A stretch of 64,000 nucleotides of DNA from Anaerohalosphaeraceae bacterium (GCA_050309605.1 JBNRMN010000073.1:14240-78239); one strand, 5' to 3'; positions 49,090 through 58,328 are shown, counted from the stretch's first letter. Program-made: numbers and translations. The notes: a model not told the origin generated them from the sequence alone.

Positions 49090-50760
49090 ATGAATGCCGA
49101 TATGGTCATAGCCGTACCGCACAGGGTGCCTGCCGCGGATTGCCCTCTGCCGAATGGGTCCGGGCGTCCGACTCATCCATCCCGACAGAATCCGACCGTC
49201 GAACAGGATAAAATCTATCGAGACCAACCGGCCGAACACACGGAGACGGAGAAAACAATGTCTTCGACTGACGCCGATGCAGCGGCCAGCGACAGCCGAC
49301 GCACCCCGTGCGGGCAGCACAGTGATTTCAGGAAGACCCTGAAAAAACACATTGATAAAGCCGATTCCCGATCCGGCTCCGAGAAGGATAATGATAAGAA
49401 TGCAACTCTTACTGCGGCGCAGGATGACGCTGCTCCGATGGCGGCCGTGATTCAGGTGCGCTGTGCGGGAATCGTTCGGTCCAAGCCAGGCAAAAACGGC
49501 TTTGTGCTGGAAAAACGCAATGCCGCCTTGGAAAAAAAGACCGGCAATGTTTCGGCTCGCGTGTCAATTTCATCTGATCCCCCCCCGCAAAAGAACCTGA
49601 TTCAAAATGCACGTTTTTCTGCCGAAACGAACAACACAGCCGATTCGCCTCACCGCGACGTCGTTCGGGATAGCGCATCGCTTGTTGAAATGGCCGGCGA
49701 AAAGCAAACGTCCCGGCATGTTTTAAAAAACGAATCGGCATCGGACACGACAGCCGTTAAAAAGCATGCGCCAATTCCGGATCAATCCGTTGAAGATGCC
49801 GGCCAAGAGACAAAGCGAACCGGCCGAACGATTGTCCGACCCGGTGCAGGACAAACAACCCCAGCCGAGTTGGCCAAAAACAGCGACCAGCCGACCACAC
49901 AAAAGACTTATCTAAACGTCCATAATGCCGGGAAATCCGGCCCTGTTGAGACAAATTCAGTTAAACAAGCCAACCCCATATCCCAGCCAGTGGAGAATAC
50001 GCTCACATCCGCAGAAAAATCAGCATTAAATTCGTCGCTGAAAACCTCTGCTGAAAATGACGCAAATACCAAAGTAATAGAAATCGACACAAAAACACCT
50101 CAATCGCATTATGACAGCGAACGACAAGCCCAAACAGCTAATGCCGGCAGATCCGCCGAAGTATCCCGTTCCGTATCAGCAGCCATGGCAGAATCAGAGA
50201 CAAATGAAGCCTCCTTTTCGGCTCAGATCGAATCCGTTTCTTCTTCGGCAGGGGTTTCCTCAGGCAAAGGCATTGGTGATGTCGTCGCTCGTCCAATCGA
50301 CCAGATCGTTCAGACGCTTCAACTGCGAACGTTCGGCGCCGAGTCGCAAGTGCGGATGACGCTTGTGCCCGAAACTCTCGGCGCGATTCGCATCACCTTT
50401 CGGCAGACCGACGGTCAACTCGTCGGCCTGCTCGAAGTGCAAAAGGCCGACACCCGAAATGAAATTGAGCGGTCGATTGGACAGCTTGCCGCGGCGATGG
50501 AAACGGCCGGCTTGCAGGTGCGGCGGATTGAGGTTACGCCCTGGGCGACCGGCGGTCAATCCGGACGCCATGAGCCGTTGGATGCCGGATTTGATGAGAG
50601 CAAAGACCGGCACATGTACCAGTTTGACGGCGAAGAATCGTCTCAACCATTTTCAGAAAAAGGCTTTACGAGCGAATCCTCGAAGCCGGCTGTCGCCTCT
50701 GAACACGCCTTAAACGCCCATCGTGCCTTGCCTGATGAGGGATTAAACGTCTATCTTTGA
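49090..50760 (+). CDS. fliK: Flagellar hook-length control protein FliK-like
   Basis: Long low-complexity S/T/A/K N-terminus; C-terminal QVRMTLVPETLGAIRI...L...METAGLQV..IEV (T3S4-like) and terminal LNVYL. Confidence 0.72.
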   Translation: MNADMVIAVPHRVPAADCPLPNGSGRPTHPSRQNPTVEQDKIYRDQPAEHTETEKTMSSTDADAAASDSRRTPCGQHSDFRKTLKKHIDKADSRSGSEKDNDKNATLTAAQDDAAPMAAVIQVRCAGIVRSKPGKNGFVLEKRNAALEKKTGNVSARVSISSDPPPQKNLIQNARFSAETNNTADSPHRDVVRDSASLVEMAGEKQTSRHVLKNESASDTTAVKKHAPIPDQSVEDAGQETKRTGRTIVRPGAGQTTPAELAKNSDQPTTQKTYLNVHNAGKSGPVETNSVKQANPISQPVENTLTSAEKSALNSSLKTSAENDANTKVIEIDTKTPQSHYDSERQAQTANAGRSAEVSRSVSAAMAESETNEASFSAQIESVSSSAGVSSGKGIGDVVARPIDQIVQTLQLRTFGAESQVRMTLVPETLGAIRITFRQTDGQLVGLLEVQKADTRNEIERSIGQLAAAMETAGLQVRRIEVTPWATGGQSGRHEPLDAGFDESKDRHMYQFDGEESSQPFSEKGFTSESSKPAVASEHALNAHRALPDEGLNVYL

Positions 50761-51004
50761 GTTTTACCCAACTTGCCGCCACCAACAGCACGGCTGGAAA
50801 TACGACCTTAACTCTCTTTCTCGCAAGCAGTTAAGTGTTTTTCTGAAAAATAAAAAAATTAATCTTGACTTGCTTGTCAAATTCCGATATTGTGTCAAAT
50901 GGTGTAAAGTGCGTGAGGAAGGGATGGTGCAGAGTGTGTGCTCTTGCGATCCCTGTAATGTCTGTAAAAGGATTTAAACAACATTGAGCATGGGAGAGAT
51001 TAGA

Positions 51005-51595
51005 ATGAAAAAGAGTATGATGGTATTTACCGCGATTGTCCTGCTGGTCGCGGGGGGCGCACAAGCGGCGTTTATCACGGCCGTCAGCGGGGCGGACATC
51101 AATACCAGTTTTTCCTCCGGAGTGTTGACGCTCAGCGATACGATTGAATTGGTGGTCACCAAGGGAACGCAGGTTTCCTATAATAACACCACCTTTTCAT
51201 TTTCGGCGGATCTTTTGGCCGATAACAGTGTCGGGGGACAGGCCAGCGGCGTGTTCGGCAATGGCGCCTTCACGATCACGGCCAGCGACAGCACCGTCTT
51301 GCTTTCAGGGCAGGTTCAGCAGATTACCCTGGAAGGCATTGGCGGCGGAATGTTGCTTGGCGGTGCGGGCGTGGTGTCGATTGATGCCGGTTCGCTACTG
51401 GCTGACATTGCTCCGGGGTACACCCAGGGTGAAGTCGTTGCAATCACATTTCAGATTAGCCCCGGCCCCATTGCCGATTTTTCCGGTGATTACGCGGGTC
51501 GAACCAATCTGACGATTGTACCGATTCCGGAACCGGCAACGATGACTTTGCTGGGTGTGGGTGTCGCGGCTTTGATGCGCCGTAAACGCAGCTAA
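51005..51595 (+). CDS. PEP-CTERM sorting domain protein
   Basis: Signal peptide; C-terminal IPEPATMTLLGVGVAALMRRKRS. Confidence 0.92.
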   Translation: MKKSMMVFTAIVLLVAGGAQAAFITAVSGADINTSFSSGVLTLSDTIELVVTKGTQVSYNNTTFSFSADLLADNSVGGQASGVFGNGAFTITASDSTVLLSGQVQQITLEGIGGGMLLGGAGVVSIDAGSLLADIAPGYTQGEVVAITFQISPGPIADFSGDYAGRTNLTIVPIPEPATMTLLGVGVAALMRRKRS

Positions 51596-51620
51596 AACAG
51601 TCTTAATAACAGTTATCTCT

Positions 51621-51660
51621 ATCTTCCCGACGGGTCATAGGCACGTCGGGAAGATGTTTT
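51621..51660 (+). terminator. Rho-independent terminator
   Basis: ATCTTCCCGACG...CGTCGGGAAGAT stem + GTTTT. Confidence 0.7.
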
Positions 51661-51992
51661 GCGCGCACTTACATCGCCTAATAAAGAGCCACAGCATACC
51701 CTATGATGCCGTTGTTTCGTTATTGTACGTTGCGGGCGGCACAGATCATCAGCACATCTTAGGTGAGCGTGGGGGAGATTTGTCGGGCGCAAAATTTTTG
51801 GGGCGATTTTTAATTTATAAATCCATTTTATTTCAGTAGTTATGATACTTTAGCAGCGTCCTGTGTTGGTATGGTATTGACTTTTATGCCGAATTAGGGT
51901 ACACTAATTCAAACTTAGCGGCAGAGTCAGTAGTTCTGCGCTATTCCGTTGTCTAAAAGAAAATGTCAACTTAAATTTTTGGAGAAATGGGG

Positions 51993-52595
51993 ATGAAAAA
52001 GACACTGTTGGTCGTAAGTTTGTTTGCATTGGTGATGGCGGCAAGTCCGGCACGGGGGGAATATATATCTTCCATCAGCGGCACGGATGTTGATGCCGTG
52101 TTTGCATCGGGGCAGTTGACACTCAGTGATACCATTGAGCTGGTTATCCAGTATGAGGGCGGTACGCAGACACCGATATCCAATGCGGTGTTTTCCCTGA
52201 CGGCTGAGTTATTCGCCGACAACAGCAGCGGCGGCGTGGCTTCCGGTCTGTTTAACAACGGTACGCTTCTGATTACTGCTGCCGACAGCACTGTCCTGCT
52301 TTCGGGTGTATTACAGGAACTTACCCTCGAAAGTCTTTCGGAAGGGATGCTGCTGGGTGGCTCCGGTGTTGTCACATTGGATGCGGGTTCCCTGAAAAGC
52401 GATATTGCACCGGGATATGAATTTGGCGAATTGGTTAGCATTTTATTCCAGATTGAGCCGTCGCCGGTGTATGATTTCTCGACCGATTTCAGCGGACGGG
52501 CGAATTTGACGATTCTGCCGATTCCTGAACCGGCCACGATGCTGTTGCTGGGTCTGGGCGGTGGTGTGGGACTGATTGGTCGGAAACGACGTTAA
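51993..52595 (+). CDS. PEP-CTERM sorting domain protein (paralog of the upstream gene)
   Basis: IPEPATMLLLGLGGGVGLIGRKRR; shares LTLSDTIELV, DSTVLLSG, DIAPGY and GR.NLTI with the upstream protein. Confidence 0.92.
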   Translation: MKKTLLVVSLFALVMAASPARGEYISSISGTDVDAVFASGQLTLSDTIELVIQYEGGTQTPISNAVFSLTAELFADNSSGGVASGLFNNGTLLITAADSTVLLSGVLQELTLESLSEGMLLGGSGVVTLDAGSLKSDIAPGYEFGELVSILFQIEPSPVYDFSTDFSGRANLTILPIPEPATMLLLGLGGGVGLIGRKRR

Positions 52596-52973
52596 ATCTC
52601 ATCGCACCCTGACTCTGATTTAATATGCAATAGCACAAGCGTATAAGGCTTTTTCATCTTCTTTGATGTTGATGAAGGAGCAAAGAAAACTATTTTGGTG
52701 CAGTGTGGAGCCGTGCAAGAGTGTAGTATCAATGCCTTGCGTGGAGGAGCAGTTTTGCGTGTCGGCAGGTGGGCGGCAGGCGTCGTCTGGCCGTTTTCCC
52801 AAAGGAGCGGCGGCGGTGATAATGTGCCAGTCCGGCCGGGAGTCGGGTGGGTTAAATATGTGATGTGCAATGATTCGCGCAACCCATATAAATGTTCAGA
52901 CTTTTTGATATTCCCCAAGATAATTCGAGGGATACGTCTCTTTGAATGAATATTCGGAGGGGAATTGTCTTGG

Positions 52974-53013
52974 CAGTCCGGCCGGCGTGCGCACTGGGCC
53001 GGACTGTTTTTTT
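52974..53013 (+). terminator. Rho-independent terminator
   Basis: CAGTCCGGCC...GGCCGGACTG + T7. Confidence 0.75.
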
Positions 53014-53173
53014 GAATGGACCCAACGAACAAATCTTTGGGGCAAAGTAGTGTAATCCCTTTGCGCTGCAATGAGCAAGCATGGTCAATCACAAGCGGTA
53101 AAAGGCAACAGCAGGAGTTTGCCTTCATTTTTTTGCCCTAAAAATCATGAAAAACTTGTGCAGAAAAGAAGAC

Positions 53174-53216
<43 letters not shown>

Positions 53217-53421
53217 TCCAGACAGGGCGTTTTTAAGTCTTTGTAAAATAAACGTTTAACGCTTTTCTGACAGAGACTTACAGACGATTTTAACACAAGG
53301 CTTAACACTGAGTTTGCACCATTTTCAAAGTAAAAAGTACGGAAAAAGCGCCGGAAAATCGGTCGATTTTCGTCTTTTCTTGTCGTGTAAAGAGAATGGT
53401 AAAAATTGAACATCTAAACAT

Positions 53422-53449
53422 TTGTTAAACGACCTGAGATCGATATAAT
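53422..53449 (+). promoter_or_regulatory. Sigma70-type promoter at the island's left end
   Basis: TTGTTA-N16-TATAAT. Confidence 0.6.
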
Positions 53450-53454
53450 TTTTA

Positions 53455-53510
53455 GCGCGGGATAGCCCGACGGGGCGAAAAACCGGAAAAGTCCGCCGGC
53501 CTGCCCGCGC
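53455..53510 (+). ncRNA. Candidate structured leader RNA (three-way junction)
   Basis: GCGCGGG/CCCGCGC closing stem enclosing GCCC-GACG-GGGC, a GAAAA linker and CCGG-N9-CCGG. Confidence 0.5.
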
Positions 53511-53533
53511 AACTTTCGGACTGGCAAGGGACT

Positions 53534-54358
53534 ATGCCGATGCTGAATGAATTAAAGACCATCCGAGACCTGTTTTCCGATTATTGCGGTACGCCTTCCG
53601 GATTTCCAAAGGCGATGATGGACGCCCTTTTTGTTGCGCTTGCCAAGGTGAAACGGTTTCCGGACAAAAAGGTTTATGAAAGTCTTATAAGGGCGGTCAG
53701 TTTGCTCGGCGCCGCCTGTGAAGGGATTGAGACCGGACAGCGGAGGTACGTGGCCGAGGTGAGTTTTTTGGCCGAGATTGACCGCGTGATCGAGGCTTAT
53801 GAACTGGCCGACCTTGTCGCCTGTGTCCGCGGCGAAAGCCTTGAGGACGCGCGGGTTATCAAAGGTGATGAGTACTGGGAATTTTTTTACCGCGGCGAAC
53901 GTGCAAGAGTGAAGGCCGACCTGATCGGGTTACAGGTGCTGGAAGTCCTGCTGCGACACCCACACTGCAAATTTTTGCATAAAGAACTCCGCGCTGAAGC
54001 GGGGCTGATCTCAAAAACTGAAATGGTTTTTCGCCCGATGGATCAGGTTGATGCGGCAACGCTGAAGCACTTGCAGCCAGAGGCCATCGAAAATTATCTA
54101 TGCACCCATTACAAAGATCCCGCCGAGCGTGCCGAGGCGCGGGAAGAAATTGAGAAATACAAAAAGAACAGCAAGAGCCTGACGGGTCGCGCAAAAAATA
54201 CCGACGCCAAACACTACAAAGCAAACTATGAAAGCCTGAATCTGGTTTTTAAGAAAATCGAAGGACAAAGCAAATTGTTGTTTGGGCATTTCAAAGCAAG
54301 CATTTCCGGGTATTCGCATTATTCGCCCGACGAAAAAATCTGCTGGATTTTTGAATAA
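53534..54358 (+). CDS. Hypothetical protein (first island gene)
   Basis: 274-aa ORF with AAGGGA RBS; no recognisable family. Confidence 0.7.
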   Translation: MPMLNELKTIRDLFSDYCGTPSGFPKAMMDALFVALAKVKRFPDKKVYESLIRAVSLLGAACEGIETGQRRYVAEVSFLAEIDRVIEAYELADLVACVRGESLEDARVIKGDEYWEFFYRGERARVKADLIGLQVLEVLLRHPHCKFLHKELRAEAGLISKTEMVFRPMDQVDAATLKHLQPEAIENYLCTHYKDPAERAEAREEIEKYKKNSKSLTGRAKNTDAKHYKANYESLNLVFKKIEGQSKLLFGHFKASISGYSHYSPDEKICWIFE

Positions 54359-54439
54359 TTTTTTTGACCGTGTGAAAATCACGGTCTGACCGTTAGCAAC
54401 ACCTTGTAGAACGACGGCTTTTTTACAAGGAATTCAAAA

Positions 54440-54631
54440 ATGAGATTGTTAACGGTTTTCCAGATCGCGGACATTTTGGGGGAGCCACCGCATCGGTGCG
54501 AGTACGTTATCCGAAAGTATCGACTGAAACCCCGGCGCCGTGTCGGGATCACGCGGCTTTTTGACGAGGCGCAGGTCGAGGCCATCGAGCAGGGGTTGTA
54601 CGGAATACAAGTCAAGGGGGGGCGACGATGA
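54440..54631 (+). CDS. Small HTH DNA-binding protein (excisionase/MerR-like)
   Basis: LLTVFQIADILG...RVGITRLFDEAQVEAI; AAGGA RBS; ATGA coupling to the next gene. Confidence 0.7.
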   Translation: MRLLTVFQIADILGEPPHRCEYVIRKYRLKPRRRVGITRLFDEAQVEAIEQGLYGIQVKGGRR

Positions 54632-54858
54632 CCGTTTATATGCCCGATGGCCGACCGGCGCCCGTGCTGCTGACCGAGTCTGAGGCAATCCAATTCCTGC
54701 GGCTCGACACGATCGACCTAAAGCACCCCGACCACACGTTGAGGCGGTACAGGGACGCGGGACTGCTGAGATGCGTTCAAATTTCACGGCGAATTTTTTA
54801 CCCCGTTGATGAGTTGATGGCCTTCATCGACCGCCAGAAAGCCGAGGTGGTCAGATGA
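54628..54858 (+). CDS. Small HTH DNA-binding protein (excisionase/AlpA-like)
   Basis: LLTESEAIQFL...TLRRYRDAGLL..VQISRRIFY..DELMAFI; ATGA overlaps on both sides. Confidence 0.78.
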   Translation: MTVYMPDGRPAPVLLTESEAIQFLRLDTIDLKHPDHTLRRYRDAGLLRCVQISRRIFYPVDELMAFIDRQKAEVVR

Positions 54859-56609
54859 AGCCTGTTCTTGATTTCGCATTGGATTTCGCACGTCGCGGGT
54901 GGCAGGTTTTTCCGGTCGAGCACAAGGGCAAGCGACCGGCGACGCTGCACGGCCTGAACGATGCCACGGTGGACGCCGAGCAAATTCAGGCCTGGTTTGG
55001 GAATGGTCGGCTTTATAACATCGCAATCCGCACCGGCGGGGCAAGTGGTTTTGATGTCCTTGACGTTGACGGCGACGAAGGCGACAAATCGCTGCAATCG
55101 CTGATCGCTGTCTATGGGAAACTGCCTGAAACTCCCTGCGTTCAGACCGGCGGCGGCGGGCGGCATTTTTTCTTTAAACACGCTGAAGGGGTTCGCAATT
55201 CTGCAAGTGTTGTCGGCAACAAAATCGACGTCCGCGGCGACGGTGGTTATGTGGTTGCGCCGCCGAGTATTCACGAGAACAGGCAAGAGTACCGCTGGGT
55301 CACGCCCCCGACGACCCCGCTGGCTGAATGGCCGCCGTGGCTGTTGGCGCGAATGAAAGCGGAATCTCGAAAGACCGAACCGGCGCACACTGAACCGGCA
55401 GCGGGGACTATTGCCGCAGGTCAGCGCAATACTGAACTAACCCGTCTGGCCGGCGCGATGCGCCGGCGCGGCTTCGATGCTGTCGCCATAGATGCGGCGT
55501 TGCAACGGCATAATATCGCACACTGTTCACCGCCCCTGTCTGCCGATGAGGTGCGGCGAATCGCCCAAAGTGTCGGAAGGTATGAACCGGCCACGACGAC
55601 GGGCGGCGGCCTGCCCTTGATTCGGCTTTCGAGCGTCAAACCCGAGCCGGTGAGTTGGTTGTGGCACAATCGATTCCCGAACAAAGGTCTGAATCTTATC
55701 GCAGGGATGGGCGAGGTCGGCAAGACCACTTTCGCATCTTATTTGATGGCGCGTCTAACGACTGGGCGCGAGTGGTTTGATTGTGAAAACACCACGGCGC
55801 CCGGGACGTGTTTGTTCATCGGCGACGAGGACGATCTGGGTTGTGCTATTCGGCCAAAACTTGACGCGGCCGGCGCCGATGTGAACCGCATCGCTGCGTT
55901 GGATTATGAATCGTTCCTCAAGACCGGCGGCAGTTTTAATCTGGTCGAACATATCGACCGGCTGGAAAAAACGGTTGAGACGTTGGGCGATGTTCGGGCG
56001 GTATTTTTCGATCCGCTGAACGGGTATCTTGGGCGGATCAACGCTTATTCAGATTCAGAAACGCGCGGCGTTTTGATCCCGCTCCAAAATATTGCGAAAA
56101 AATATGACCTCGCCGTTTTTGGTCTATGTCATCTGAACAAAAAATCTGATCTATCCGCGGTCGATCGCGTGCTGGGAAGCGTGGCTTTCGTGAACACCGC
56201 GCGCAGCGTTTGGTTTATCACGCGGGACAAGGAGACCGATACGCGGTATCTGACAAAGGAGAAATCAAACTATTCCCTGAACCCAACAAACTTATCGTTT
56301 CGCATCATCGATGGCGCGGTGGCTTTTCTGGAAGGGACGACCGACAAGACGGCGGATGACGTGCTGCAAGGCGGAATCCAAAAGGCGGATTCCACCAACG
56401 AATGCATTGAATGGTTGAAGAAAAAGCTGGCCTGGAATTCAGTTTTGTCCAGTGAGATCAGCGCGGAAGCCCGACATTGTGGGTTCAGCGACCACGCCTT
56501 GCGAACCGCAAAGAGGACATTAAACGTCCAGAGCAAAAAGGACGGATACGGCGGCAAGTGGATGTTATCGCTGCCGGAAAATCCGGAAAATGAGGATATA
56601 CCCCTATGA
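54855..56609 (+). CDS. Bifunctional DNA primase/polymerase + PriCT-1 + AAA helicase replication protein
   Basis: NIAIRTG, VLDVDG, TGGGGRHFFF, DVRGDGGYVVAPPS; GQRNTELTRLAG; Walker A GMGEVGKT; Walker B VFFDP; HLNK. Confidence 0.92.
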   Translation: MKPVLDFALDFARRGWQVFPVEHKGKRPATLHGLNDATVDAEQIQAWFGNGRLYNIAIRTGGASGFDVLDVDGDEGDKSLQSLIAVYGKLPETPCVQTGGGGRHFFFKHAEGVRNSASVVGNKIDVRGDGGYVVAPPSIHENRQEYRWVTPPTTPLAEWPPWLLARMKAESRKTEPAHTEPAAGTIAAGQRNTELTRLAGAMRRRGFDAVAIDAALQRHNIAHCSPPLSADEVRRIAQSVGRYEPATTTGGGLPLIRLSSVKPEPVSWLWHNRFPNKGLNLIAGMGEVGKTTFASYLMARLTTGREWFDCENTTAPGTCLFIGDEDDLGCAIRPKLDAAGADVNRIAALDYESFLKTGGSFNLVEHIDRLEKTVETLGDVRAVFFDPLNGYLGRINAYSDSETRGVLIPLQNIAKKYDLAVFGLCHLNKKSDLSAVDRVLGSVAFVNTARSVWFITRDKETDTRYLTKEKSNYSLNPTNLSFRIIDGAVAFLEGTTDKTADDVLQGGIQKADSTNECIEWLKKKLAWNSVLSSEISAEARHCGFSDHALRTAKRTLNVQSKKDGYGGKWMLSLPENPENEDIPL

Positions 56610-56616
56610 TGGTGTA

Positions 56617-56739
56617 TTCAACAACATTCAACAAGTTCCACCATCTTTGGATTTTTAGCCCAAAAATCGAATCGGGCGCGCCGAGAATGGATAACGCCCT
56701 AAAAACTCAAAGATGGTGAATGTTGGTGGAAGATGTTGA
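56617..56739. repeat. Inverted iteron-like repeat array (candidate replication origin)
   Basis: TTCAACAA x2 and TTCCACCATCTTTG.ATTTTTAG face CTAAAAA..CAAAGATGGTGAA, TGGTGGAA and TGTTGA, directly after the primase-helicase gene. Confidence 0.6.
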
Positions 56740-56761
56740 CCTTTTTTTTCAGGAGCAAGAA

Positions 56762-56962
56762 ATGAACTATGGTGAAATAAAAGACCGATTATGGAAGGTT
56801 TCCCGCGAACTACAGCAGGTCGTCGAGGGAATGCCGAAGGCCGACGACCGACCCCGGCGCGCGGTGGCGAATAAGATAGGACATGCCTTTGCGGATATAA
56901 TGGATGCGTATAGTAGGATTTGTGTAAACGAAACTTTTACGAAAGGACCAAAACATGAGTAA
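56762..56962 (+). CDS. Small hypothetical protein
   Basis: AGGAG RBS; 66 aa; overlaps the next gene's start. Confidence 0.6.
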   Translation: MNYGEIKDRLWKVSRELQQVVEGMPKADDRPRRAVANKIGHAFADIMDAYSRICVNETFTKGPKHE

Positions 56963-57581
56963 CCAGACTAAAAACCTCGAAAATGATGATTTTTTGACAG
57001 TGGCTGATCTGCCCGCGGACGTGCGGGCTAAATTGGGCGATGATTTCGACCCTGACGACCTCATCGAAATTGACCGCCTCGCGGGCGTGATGGGTCTTCG
57101 TGTCGAAGAGGGCGACGCGGACAGTTACTGTACTGCTGCGGATTTTCACGGGATGCTGGATACGCTTCGACGCGATGAGATTGAGCGGAACCCCTACGGC
57201 GCGACGCTGGTCGATGACAGCATCGGCGAAGACGACTTGCCCAGCCCACCGCGGGGTGATGATGGCGCAGAGGCAGACGGCCGCGGGCAGGAGATGTTTG
57301 ACTTGGTCAAGCGTGGCGACGATGCCGCCGTTCGTGAGGCGATTGAGTCCGAGAGTGATCCCGCCGCGCTGTACGCCTTCGCCGAACGGCTGGAAAAATC
57401 CGGCGCGGGCGGTGCGTTGAAAATGCAGGCGACGGCGCGGGCGGCAGAACTTGAAGACCTCCAGCGAGACGCTGTCCGCGCCCAGTCCGACGCCCTGACC
57501 GGCTCGTTTGACCAGATGCTGCGAGGAATCGACCGCGCCCGCGCAAAGGGCCGGATTGATGATGGCGCGGCGTTGCGGTGA
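56955..57581 (+). CDS. Acidic hypothetical protein
   Basis: AAGGA RBS; 208 aa, very D/E-rich, helical C-terminus. Confidence 0.7.
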   Translation: MSNQTKNLENDDFLTVADLPADVRAKLGDDFDPDDLIEIDRLAGVMGLRVEEGDADSYCTAADFHGMLDTLRRDEIERNPYGATLVDDSIGEDDLPSPPRGDDGAEADGRGQEMFDLVKRGDDAAVREAIESESDPAALYAFAERLEKSGAGGALKMQATARAAELEDLQRDAVRAQSDALTGSFDQMLRGIDRARAKGRIDDGAALR

Positions 57582-57647
57582 ACCTTTCCTTTCCGAGCGG
57601 GGCGGCGGCGGTTTGGCCGTCCCGCTGATTTGACTTTAGGAGTCGAC

Positions 57648-58085
57648 ATGCTAACAGACAAACAAGAGCGATTTTGCCAAGAATATATTATTGACGGAAA
57701 TGCTGCTGCGGCGTGCCGACGGGCGGGATATGCCGAGAGAAGCGCACGAATCACCGGAAACCGGTTGCTAACAAAAGATGACATCAGGCGTCGGGTTTCT
57801 GAACTACAGGCTGAACGGGCTGAGCGATGCGAAATCACTGCCGATGAGGTTGTGAAAAAACTGCGCGCTATCAGCGAGATGTGGCCGCAGAACCCATCGG
57901 CGGCGTGCCGCGCCCTCGAATTGTTGGGGCGCCACCTTGGGATTTTCGAGCGGGATAATCGGCAACAGCAGACCGCGGTTATTCCAATTCAGGTTACACT
58001 ATCACAACCCGTCGCCGAACGTTTGGCCGCCGAAACGCGCCCGGGCGTGCCGCTGGACGAATTAGCCGCGCCAGACGTCGCCTGA
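57648..58085 (+). CDS. terS: Terminase small subunit
   Basis: MLTDKQERFCQEYIIDGNAAAACRRAGYAERSA...G.RLL...ITADEVV..L...ALELLGRHLGIF; AGGAG RBS. Confidence 0.92.
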   Translation: MLTDKQERFCQEYIIDGNAAAACRRAGYAERSARITGNRLLTKDDIRRRVSELQAERAERCEITADEVVKKLRAISEMWPQNPSAACRALELLGRHLGIFERDNRQQQTAVIPIQVTLSQPVAERLAAETRPGVPLDELAAPDVA

Positions 58086-58166
58086 GGCGTTTTGGCGTCG
58101 AGGGGGTATCCATGGTAGGGTCTGGCCGCGTTTGTCGATCCTGAGCGATCCTGAGGGGCGTGTTTC

Positions 58167-58328
58167 GTGAGACCTGAGAGTTTAGAGAGTCGGATTCGCC
58201 GACATCGGCGGCGTATTGAATACGAAGAACGGACGCTACGGCGGCTGGGCTATGACCCCGAAGAAACCACGGCTAAGCAGGCCGACGAAACCCTGAAAAA
58301 TTTACGTTTCCGGATTGCCAATCCCTAA
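58167..58328 (+). CDS. Small hypothetical protein (53 aa)
   Basis: GAGGGG RBS + GTG: MRPESLESRIRRHRRRIEYEERTLRRLGYDPEETTAKQADETLKNLRFRIANP; below the ORF-track cutoff. Confidence 0.45.
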   Translation: MRPESLESRIRRHRRRIEYEERTLRRLGYDPEETTAKQADETLKNLRFRIANP

